The notes below the pieces were generated by a model, which searched no databases, was not told the origin of the DNA, and was given only the letters and a program-made list of their open reading frames with translations. 64,000 bases of DNA from Phoronis australis (taxonomy: Eukaryota > Animalia > Phoronida), in contig NMRA01000244.1 of assembly GCA_002633005.1 (NCBI GenBank), forward strand, positions 364,346-428,345, read 5' to 3'. Of the stretch, positions 15,401-27,400 are shown one piece after another. Each line of letters opens with the position of its first letter. Within the stretch, counting starts at the first letter, position 1. The position numbers were made by a program, and so were the translations under genes.

Positions 15401-18400
15401 AATAAATATTTTCTGAAAGTAGAAATTCGGAAGATTTTTCGTTTTTGGCTTTGAACCAGTAATTAGGTTAAATGGCCATGATTTTAAAAATTTAGCAAAA
15501 CTAAAGGTACATTCATAACAAAACTACAAGATCAAAAACACAACCAAATTTTGCATGATATTAATGTTCGACCAAATCGAACAAAAAGCTGTTACAGTTT
15601 CCTAGATTAGAATTTTGTTTTAGCTTTGTGCAACTTTATTATTTTTTTCATAAAACTCTATTTTCTCATGCAAAATTGGAGCATTTTAAAAAAAATTCCA
15701 GAATTTTGGAGAACAGTGTATAAAACCGTATCTGAAAGTTTCTTGTGACTCTGATCAGACATTCTTGAGATACGATGTTCCGAAGTTGGCCAAAATTCCA
15801 AGTTTTCTAGGGTCCTATATAACAGTATAACATCACATTTATCTTGCACAAAATAATTGCCAATTTTTCTTTTTTTAACAGCCTCTGTCATTGTTGTGTA
15901 GGTGGACATTTTCTCAGAAAATTGCTTAACATTAACTCTAGTACAGACCTTGCTAATAAAGCGCATATTTGGTGCAACTTTTCTTTTATAAAAAAAATTA
16001 AATTTCACTTCCCAGCCACCGACAACATTCTGCTGTAATATTTCTCACTTCAACCATTGTGAAGTTAATCACATAAGTTTGCAGCTGAACATTGCAGCCA
16101 TTTTCATTAGCAAAAATGCCTAACAGAAGCAGAATTCCAATTACAAGGCCAGAATATAACACAACAAAATCGATTTCAACTCACAATGACACCCGGATGT
16201 AGAAGATTCTATTTTTTGGAAAAGTTCACAGACTCATTCTTGCTTCAAACCTGACCACCCGATGAAACAGCAGTGTGCGTGCCTGCATATGGACAAGTTC
16301 AGTGTGGTGGAGGGGTGACTGTATAGTATTTAGCAAAGGAACACATTTAGATTCTTGCTCGAGTTGTAAGAATCCCCCCAAGATGTGGATTTATCCGGTC
16401 ACTGAACGCAACTGTAAGTTGAGTTCATTGCAACAGCAGGGGGCACGGACGACCACTAGGATTTAGGAGCTCAATCATACTGTGTCTAATTTACCAAAAA
16501 CCTTGGACCCTTCCAACTGCAGAGTCAACTATGTACTAAATTCACCTGTATTCAGTAACAATGGAATCGTCCACACAGTGAGGGCAGAAGCAGCTCAAAC
16601 ACTTGGAATACATTTCTTAGTAAACGGATCTGAATTGATTGATCTGTGTTAATAATGTAACGAATTTTGAATTATTTCTTTTCCCTTGTGTCCATTGGAC
16701 CAGTAAGTGACACTTGTACGGACTAATAATGAAGTTTGACATGTAAACACTGCTTTGTGGAATACATCAGAAAACATGAGGAAGAGGTGAAACATCAGAA
16801 ATGTGGGTAAGCTCTACCTAATGAAGTTCTATATTCGGGCTGTGGAATTCCCAATAACAGAAAGAGGAAAATTTTCTGGGTTCTACAAATATAGAAATAT
16901 TTTTGTATTGTAAAATTTAACTGAAATAAATGTTTTTACATGATAATGATAAAAAAGACACAAAAAAGAGGAAAACAGAAATCAAATAAGAGGAAATCAA
17001 ACCCACAAAATAGAAAATCCTTTCCTTTTAAAAGAGGAAAATTCCAACCCCTGTTTAAATTTTAACTACTGACTTCATTACATTTGCAATGCATTGCATT
17101 GATTTAATTCAGCCATAAACCAGATTGAATTCAGATAGTGAACTAAATAAATCCAGAACCCAGGGTCCAACCTCCGATCTCATACTTGACTAAGAATCAA
17201 AAGTTAAAAAAATTATGTTAGGAGCTCAAATGTTTAGTCCAGGTATTAGTCAATTAGTCAATTTCCAAAAACAAAAATTAGATTACAGTCCCAAAATAAG
17301 ATGTGAAGCTCAAAACATGAGCTTGATTAAATTAATTATGTTTGTTTCCCTTAACTAAAATTTGAACAAAAAAATAAAATTGTAGAATTCTCCATGTTTC
17401 CAAATTTTAAAGTCTGAATGTATTACTAAAAATGCTTGAATGTCATCGTTTGATGACAGCAGTTGTACAATATATACCCTGGAAATGGTTAAGTAAAGTT
17501 GTCTTCTTACTTAGTCTTGTTTAAAATTTAATTATATATAAATTTAATTATATATAAATATAATTATATATAAATTTGATTACCGTATTCGCCGTAATAA
17601 CCGCCCAGGGCGCTTAGAAATGTTCGGTTCAGGGGGGGCGCTTATTATAACCTAAAGCGGTTGAAACCCGGTCTCCGAAACGGGTGAAATCGGAAGCTAA
17701 GATTCATCAAATTTACGTTCTGTGACGTATCTGCAATCTATGAAAGACTTCCAACAAAACTGTGGTGCATTGCTATCAAACTGCTCCTAAATTAGGATCA
17801 TTTTACAGAAAATTGTGCTGAAATCCCATGGCGAAAACTCGCCGACTGACTACCTCAAAATCGCCGTCTTCGATATGGCGACTTCAATGCTTGAATAAAA
17901 ATAGTTTCGACTCAAGCAAATTACCTGAAATAATCATTAAGTTTTCTAAGTAGCGTCCCTAAGACTTTTTTAAGTTTCTGTGGAGTCTGGATTTACGGCA
18001 GTTTTAAGTACAAATCTGCACAACATCTACCATCAACATGTATGATCGGCAACATGGCAAGATAAATGTCTGGACGAACACACATGTTGTTGTCACGTGA
18101 CGTTTGTTTTGAAGTTCGTCTGCGAGTAAGCGAGCGCATGCGTGTAACCAGAGTTCATTTGCCAAAGCAGAAACCGTCTTTTGGCCAGAGCCACGCAATC
18201 TAACAAGCTAGATGTGCATTGTGTCTAAAGAAATTTGCACAAGCAGTAGGCCTAAACCAGAGCGCGTTTCATTCAGCACTTGCCGGTCTTGTGCTAAAAA
18301 CGTTCGACATTTGTTTCGGTAAGGCCGATATTAGTCGCCGTGTAGCTGGATGCATACGTAACTGTCTGACAGTTATTTTTCGGTGTAAGGGTGTGTAAGC

Positions 18401-21400
18401 ATTCACTGTCAGTTGTCATTTTATCAGATATTCGGCTTAAAAACACCAATTATGGTTAATCAAACAATCCATGTAAAAAATAACGCAAACATGTTTTATA
18501 GTATCAGAAATTGTTGGAAATTAGGGCCAATATTCATTTCTTGCCCATGCTATGCTACCCGTTTCATGAATGGATAGTTCCCGACTAATGTCTTTGATGA
18601 CAGGTTCATGTATGTAGCGCGCGCTATCTGGCCACGTGCGTTCAACACCGAGTTATTTTTATTCATGAGACAGTCGATATGTCTACTGAAAGGTCAGACC
18701 ATAGTGGGACAAGGTCGTTGCGAAAGTAGCAACGCTGTTGCATTCTTTTTGAAGCGCTGTGTTACTTTGAAGTGTATAGTCACGGCTAAATACAAACGTA
18801 GCAGTGCCGCGGGTGGTCTAGAAGACCCGTGCAAAACTTTTTTGATAAATTAAAGATGTTACTGTAGCCGAGTTTTAGGACTGAAGGTACATCATTGTTC
18901 GCATGTACACGTTCATGGACTGGGCGCTTATTTCAGCAAAGTCTGAAAACACGTGGGGGGGCGCTTATAGGGGCATGGGTGGTTATTACGGCTAATTCGG
19001 TATATATAAATTTAATTATATATAAATCTAATTATATATAAATTTAATTATATATAAATTTAATTATATATAAACTTAATTATATATAAATTTAATCATA
19101 TATAAGTTTTCACCTTCCTGCCATTTTGTGCTCTAACTTGAAGAACTTGTGTTCTGTGTTCGTGTGTTGATGAACCTCAGTCAGCATTGTTCGTCGCTCT
19201 CATTTTTGTCTTGACACGTTGAAACTGAGGTTACTATTAATTTTTATTTTACACTTAATGGATACAGAAAAGAAAACATTGTACCATTTCCATAAAAAAC
19301 AATATCCAAAACAGCTCCCCCAAACAGATAAACATGTGGGAAAAGACCCCTCAATGTACAAAACAGCACCACAATTTTCCATCATGACAGTAGTTAAGTG
19401 TGGTTGTGACAGTAGTTAAGTGTGGTTGTGACAGTAGTTAAGTGTGGGTGTGGCAGAAGAAGAGAGTGGTTATGACAGTTGTTAAGTGTGGTTTTGCACC
19501 ACCACTACCACAATCACTCTACCACACTCACCATCAACACCATCACTACCATCACAAGTAGCACCACCACTATTACCACTATTACCAATACCATCCCCTA
19601 TACCGCCACCACCACCACAACCACCACCACATTTCTCCCTACCTGGGTTTGTGTCGTTTCTTTTTCTTCATACTGTCCAAACCATCCTGTAGCTCTACTT
19701 CAACATGTCCAGGACCTCCATCCTCATGCTGTCTGGTCTTCTTCACCTTTTTGCCACTAGGGGGCTTTGTCTGTCATACATTGTGGGACAATCAATGTGC
19801 TGACCATAAACCACACCAGAACAAACTGTACAAACAGTGCCTTGTTCTTTTCTGTGTCTAAGTCAACTACTATGCACAAAATTCTCATACAAGGGGTATG
19901 GAATTTTGTTGTCAATATTTTCTATATCCCAGAGGTAGCTTTGAAGGGGAGCGGGAAATAGTGAAGACAGGCAGATTAAGAATGAAATAATGAGGGACCA
20001 ACCACAGCTTCCAAAGGACAAACACTAACCTTAAAGATATGCCGTCATCATTTGTATGAGGAGTAAGTAAACCATTGTTGATAAAATCACAGCTCCGCTA
20101 CAGAACTGTAACTTGTACATTTAAAATCAATTTGAAATGCACTATTACACAAGAGCAGGTAACAAACTTAATGATAATGCATGATGATAATTTAATGATA
20201 AGGCATGACGATACACTTAATGATAATGCATGACGATACACTTAATGTTGGTGCCAAATGACATCCATCAATGTGTGTGTCACATCACTAAATAGAAACT
20301 GTTCACAATCATGTAGAGTTGCATATGCAGCTTTACCGCACATCTGAAGATTGCACCTCATGTAACCAACTTTTTCCAGTTGCATTACTTTTCTTCAATC
20401 TTTATAACAACAAATCAACGATTAAACACTGGCTTTAAACCTCCCTTCCATCCATAAAATAACTTTTGATTAAAGGCATTTACTGTTTTAAATCTAATAG
20501 AGGTTGCAATGCCGTGCAGTTACCGTCGAATAAAAACATAAAATAGTAAAACTAAAATGACGAGCGTCAGTACTAAAATACATTAAAATATCCTCACGTA
20601 TCGAGCGATGCGCTCATTCTCAAGGGTGTTTTACTATTTTATGTTTTAAATCTGTTACTGACTTGTTCTGATGGCCATAGGCAGGTTTATAGTCCCTTTA
20701 AGACACACAACGTTCCACTAACCTGCATCCTGTTCATTATGACAGTGTTGTTAACAGCTTTCTTCATACGCCCATGTTCCCAAGGTCCTTGAGTGCCATC
20801 AATGAACATAAAGTCTTCCTCAGAGCTCTCATTTGACTGCATGCTGACTTCTGCCGTATTCACATGGCTGTCTTGCTCTGTGTCAGCCACTACAGTGCTG
20901 CCACCTTGTATTGGATTGCTTTTTTCCGTACTATCATCTATAGAAAAGAAATATNCTTCAACATGTCCAGGACCTCCATCCTCATGTTGTCTGGTCTTCT
21001 TCACCTTTTTGCCACTAGGGGGCTTTGTCTGTCATACATTGTGGGACAATCAATGTGCTGACCATAAACCACACCAGAACAAACTGTACAAACTGTGCCT
21101 TGTTCTTTTTTGTGTCTAAGTCAACTACTATGCACAACATTCTCATACAGGGGGTATGCATTTGTTGTGAATATTTTCTATATCCCAGAGGTAGGTTTGA
21201 AGGGGAGCGGGAAATAGTGAAGACAGGCAGATTAAGAATAAAATAATCAGGGACCAACCACAGTTTCCAAAGGACAAACACTAACCTTAATATTGTTCAT
21301 AAAATCACAGCTCCGCTACTGTAACTTGTACATTTAAAATCAATTTGAAATGCTCTATTACACAAGAGCAGCTAACTCACTTAATGAAAATGCATGATGA

Positions 21401-24400
21401 CACACTTAATGATAACGCATGATGACACTTAATGTTGGTGACAAATGACATCCATCAATGTGTATGTCACATCACTAAATAGAAACTGTTCATGTAGAGT
21501 TGCATATGGAGCACATCTGAAGATTATGGTCATTTAAAACAATTGCACCTCATGTAACCAACTTTTTCCAGTTGCATTACTTTTCTTCAATCTTTATAAC
21601 AACAAATCAACGATTAAACACTGGCTTTAAACCTCCCTTCCATCCATAAAATAACTTTTGATTTGACTGCATTTACTGTTTTAAATCTAATAGAGGTTGC
21701 AATGCCGTGCAGTTACTGTCGAACAAAAACATAAAATAGTAAAACTAAAATGACGAGCGTTGGTACTAAAATATATTAAAATATCCTCACGTATCGAGCG
21801 ATGCGCTCATTCTCAAGGGTGTTTTACTATTTTATGTTTTAAATCTGTTACCGACTTGTTCTGATGGCCATGGGCAGGTTTATAGTCCCTTTAAGATACA
21901 CAACGTTCCACTAACCTGCATCCTGTTCATTATGACAGTGTTGTTAACAGCTTTCTTCATACGCCCATGTTCCCAAGGTCCTTGAGTGCCATCAATGAAC
22001 ATAAAGTCTTCCTCAGAGCTCTCATTTGACTGCATGCTGACTTCTGCCGTATTCACATGGCTGTCTTGCTCTGTGTCAGCCACTACAGTGCTGCCACCTT
22101 GTATTGGATTGCTTTTTTCCGTACTATCATCTATAGAAAAGAAATATGCAGCAATAAGGCCAAACACAGAGCTTGGAGTGTAATAGCTACAGAAGTAATC
22201 AATTATTGGTAATAATACATGGTATTATTGGTAATAATACATGGTATTATTGGTAATAATACATGGTATTATCAATAACACCACAGTAAAGCTCTCCAAT
22301 TACTTTGCACAGAAATATTTTCTAAAATGGTTATTCCGTCCTGAAATATAACATCGCCATATTCAGTCAACGGTGTTTAGTAATACCCCCAATGCAACAT
22401 AAGTGTGAAGCACTGTCTTGTCTTGCTAGTAGCTGCAACAGTCAAAATTGAGAAAAAGTGTTGGTACCACACTTTTTAAAAGTAAAACTAAAATCAAATC
22501 AAGTTTTGAAAAATTGTTTTCAACATTTGCCCTCTGACATATTGTGCTGAGCCACGAACACAATGACAATAGTACACGCGACCACACGATTATTATTTGG
22601 GTGCATGAGCACTACACAATTTTGCCTCATCTTCAACACTAGCAAGTGGTTCATCTAGAGAGAACACTGACACATTACGATAATTTAGTATTAATAGAAT
22701 TTTTGCTATTTGTAAGTTTCACTTTTCAAAACAATACAAGACTACATAGACGTTCTAGAAAATAACAAACCAACACTATTAGACAACAAACCGTCATACC
22801 ACACCATACACCTCTGCACCTGTCTAGCCGTGGGTCAGCAGATGACCAGCAGAAAGTTTTTCATCTAGACTGAAGTGCCTTGGTCATGGAATATTGACGA
22901 ACTAACACATGTAACACACGATTGAATATAAAATATTCACACCTTACACATAAATAGAACACATTGTTCAGTTTATTTGGCATGAGATAATAAAGTGAGG
23001 CGAGTTGTAAAGTCACGGAGGACACTGTCCCAATAAACCATTAACTATTGAATTACTTGGAAAAAGGTTTGATGGCATAACAATGGATGGTTACACGACT
23101 AGTACAGGTGTGACTATAGGGCCAGGTATAGGCTACATGATCAGTACAGGTGTAACTATAGGGTCAGGTATAGGCTACATGATCAGTACAGGTGTGACTA
23201 TAGGGCCAGGTATAGGCTACATAATCAGTACAGGTGTGACTATAGGGCCAGGTATAGGCTACATGACCAGTACAGGTGTGACTATAGGAACAGGTATAGG
23301 CTACTTGACCAGCACAGGTAGAACTATGAGACCAGGGCCCGGTCTCCAATCTTTTTACTCGAAATGGAACTCGAAATTAGGTGCGGCATTTTCTACTCTA
23401 CTTTTGGATGAACTCAAGATAAGTGTCTATTATTCTATGCTCGAGTGCACAATAACTTAATATAGATAATTTATTGCCTTTAGTTCACAGTTTGTAAACC
23501 CAATATTAAAGCAATAAGTTCAAGTTTGAACTCGAAATTTCGAGTTTTTACTCGAGTTTGTAGCATGAACATAAGCGTCTTCAAGGGCAAACTTGAACTA
23601 GAAACTCCTATGCATAAATTATAATGTATTCGAGCACAGTCTGGGATTATGTGACTAGGTATAAGCTACATGACCAGTACTGGTGTGACTATAGGACCAG
23701 GTACAGGCTACATGACCAGTGCAGATGTGACTATAGGACAAGGTATAGGCTTATGACCAGTAAAGGAGTGACTATGGGACCAGGTATAAGCTACATGATC
23801 AGTACAGGTGCGACTATAATACCAGGTATTGGCTACATGACCAGTACAAATGTGACTATAGGACCAGGTATAAGCTACATGACCAGTGCACGGTGTGACT
23901 ACAGGACCAGGTATAGGCTACATGACCAGTACAGGTGTAACTATAAAACCAGATGTAGGCTACACCAGCAGAACTGAACCCTTTAATCTTCAACATACCA
24001 ATCAGAACTAAATGTTGGGTGTATATAGCAAAAAGGGATGTAGTTAATAAACCAAATGTCTAACAAGTGTCCGTGGCAAGATTACACAAGTCTCCACCAG
24101 ATGTCACCATGACTACACTGTAGACCATGTGACCTCATTTTTCCATTTCAAGTATTGCTAGCACAAATTAGTACAAGAGCAACGCAGAGCGTTGAAATGC
24201 GCCCACAATTGCACCGCATACGGTATCCTTCTAGGGTTGTTTATTGGTACCACAAAGTAGCCAGTAGAGGGCATATATGTAGTATGTTGTACTTTGCAAA
24301 ATGGAAAGGCATGGTCCTTGTCTCCTCAATAGGCTAGGGGCAAAATGTGAGTAATCTTCATAATACAAGCACATCCTATACACCAGTTGCTTAAAGCACC

Positions 24401-27400
24401 ACAGAAACATAGAANTGATCAGTACAGGTGTGACTACAGGGCTAGGTATAGGCTACGTGATCAGTACAGGTGTGACTATAGGAACAGGTATAGGCTACAT
24501 GATCAGTACGGGTTTGACTATAGGGCCAGGTGTGACTATAGGGCCAGATATAGGCTACATGACCAGTACAGGTGTGACTATAGGACCAGGCATAGGCTAC
24601 TTGACCAGCACAGGTAGAACTATGAGACCAAGTATAGGCTACATGATCAGTACAGGTGGGACTCCAGGACCAGGTATAAGCTACTTGACCAGTACAGGTG
24701 GAACTATGGGACAAGGTATAGGCTACATGTCTGACCAGTATAGGTAGTACTATGGGACCAAGGAAGTGCTACATGACCAGTACAGCTCCGGCTAAGTGAC
24801 CAGTATAGGTGGGACTATGGGACCAGTTATAAGCTACATGATCAGAACAGGTGGGACTATGAGACTAGGTATAGGCTACATGACTTGTATAGGTGGGACT
24901 ATGGGACCAGATATAAGCTACATGACCAGTGCAGGTGTGACTGAAGGACCAGGTATAGGCTACATGACCAGTACAGATGTGACTACAGGACCAGGTATAG
25001 GCTACATGACCAGTGCAGGTATAACTTTAGAACCAGATGTAGGCTACACCAGCAGAACTGAACCCTTTACCCTTTAATCTTCAACATACTAATCAGAACT
25101 AAATGTTGGATGTAGTTAATAAGTCAAATGTCTAACAAGTGTCAGTGGCAAGATTACACAAGTCTCCACCAGATATCACCCTGACTACACTGTAGACCAT
25201 GTGACCTCATTTTTCCATTACTGGACGCATTCTAAGTATTGCTAGGACAAATTAGTAAAATGTCCAGTTAGCACACCATTTGCACAAATTTGAATAATTA
25301 GTTTAAGGAATCTTTACACGCAATAGACAAACTCAATAAGCAGTGCAAACATGTTTGGATTTTCACAATGCCTTTTGAGGTAATGGAGAGTAAAATTAAT
25401 ATAGAAAATCTCGTCACATAAGAAACTTGACAACACATACCATAATATTGTGCAAAAACACAGTTAATTCACGCTGCCAACCATTGAAAGCTGTTGGTGA
25501 GCTGCGCCAACATACTGCAGGCCCAAGTACAGTTATGAGCAGTGATACAAACGTGTACTGTAAGCAATCTGAAGATAACACATCCACCAACCTTGTACAG
25601 AACCTCCGAGACAGTCTTCTTCAGAAATCATCTGTACAGACTTTGTTTGATTCGTCTTGAATGCCATAGCGGCAGCCAACTTTGTCTTGGTTGGGCCTGG
25701 CACCCTTGGTGCCAATACCCTCTCCTCCTGTGCTGTTTGCTGTCCAAGAATGGTATACTGTCCATAACCTACTTGCTTTGGGCCTTGGCTGTATCCCAGT
25801 GACGACATTCGTTGACCAGCTTTCTTTAGCACTGGTACAGTCGTGAATCCAAACGATCTGTTCTGTCCAACAGGCCTTGGAACAGTACTTTCAACTTGTT
25901 TCAAAGAAGTCATCTGGTTAGATATACCAACAGCTATTTGACTCCCCCTGAACAAGGACCTCACAAAGCCGTGACGACCAGGAGGGACAACTTCTGCTGG
26001 TGCAATATTGGGAGCCCCTTGAGGCGTGAAATTACCATTTCTTGTACTGCTGTGGACAACTTGCACATTGCCGTCTGTCCCAGCAACAACAGAGCTACTT
26101 ACATTTGTTACAGGTTGTGGTGAGACGGTACTGGGAGTTCTCTGTAACATAGCAATCATTTCATCGTATTTGTTTTTCCGTCGACCCAAAGCCTGGACTT
26201 CTTGAATAGAGCGTAACTTTTTCCAGTTAATAGTCACTGGTCCACCACCCATTCGTCTACCAACCCGTTTCTTGGACTTTCTCATGGCTTTTGTCATAGA
26301 TATATACTGGCGAATCATCTTGGCAGCTTGTCTGAAGCCCAACTTGGCTTTACTTTGAGGCACTGCCAACTCAACTTGAGGGTCCTCTTGTCTTACTCTA
26401 ATTTGGCGAATCATCTCCCAGTTGAGCACCCTCTGGTGGTCACTTATGAATGACCCAATAGACATAGCAGACTGCAGTCTCAAGTACATCAAGACTTGAG
26501 TAGCGACTTTCTTGAAAGAAAACTTCCTGACTTTCTTAGGCTGAACAACGACCTTTTTGGCCTTAGGAGGGAGGGTAATGCCCATGTTAGCTGCTTGCAT
26601 TTCATTGAAATTTATTTTGGTCAATCCACCTTTTCCAGGTAATCCTGAAATTAACAAAACACAAATAAAGTAATTAAAAGTTACCATCACGAACATTTGG
26701 GTTTGCATGACAACAAAAGCCTGTTGATTTCACATTTATTACTTTGAAGTAATAAAGACAAGATTACTTACTGTCACCTTGCATTCACTTTCTGTCATTT
26801 AAAGCTTTACTCAAATTGACCACCATCTCCCACCAAAAGTTAGAAGAATTTTATTTTCAAACTTACAACTTGACCACCATCCATCACCACACTTAGCAGA
26901 ATTTCAAACATACAACTTGACCATCTCTCATCATGGTTAGCAGTATTTCAAACAGACAACTTGACCAACACCCCTCACCACAGTTAGCAGTATTTCAAAC
27001 AGACAACTTGACCAACACCCCTCACCACAGTTAGCAGTATTTCAAACATACAACTTGACCACCATCCGTCACCACATTTGGCAGTATTTCAAACACAAAA
27101 TTTGACCACCATCTCTGACAAGACGCAGTATTTCAAACACACAACTTGACCACCACCCCTCACCATGGCAACCAGTATTCCAAACATACAAAGTAACTCA
27201 CCCTTATTCTCCATTGTCTCCAGCCTTCCTCTATATCTGTCTTCCATGTCACCATGGTTCTCTTTTGAAACTCTACCAAAAGTATGATTGGTTGGTCTAT
27301 TGTGATGCACAAAGCCATGTTTTACAGGCAGCGCCTCCTGTCTGTCATCACTCCACTCATCTTCTTGCTGTATTCCACTAAATGACCTTTGAACCTGAGT

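Larger units (their letters stand above)
19698..22147. repeat. Near-identical ~1.2-kb tandem duplication separated by a single N (20955)
   Basis: 19698..20954 matches 20956..22147 with SNPs and small indels. Confidence 0.9.

Noticed and set aside
19113-19225. Exon-like segment with cag| and |gtgaaa
   Set aside because: Stops in all three frames from the acceptor; exon 34 joins exon 35 directly
20030-20097. Candidate 68-nt exon RSCDFINNGLLTPH...
   Set aside because: The duplicate copy has a frameshifting deletion here, and exon 33 joins exon 34 in frame without it
23083-25077. Repeat ORFs (ISTGVTIGPGIGYM / DQYRCDYRTRYRLH)
   Set aside because: They result from a 42-bp (3n) minisatellite that is open in several frames and on both strands; intronic, with no splice support
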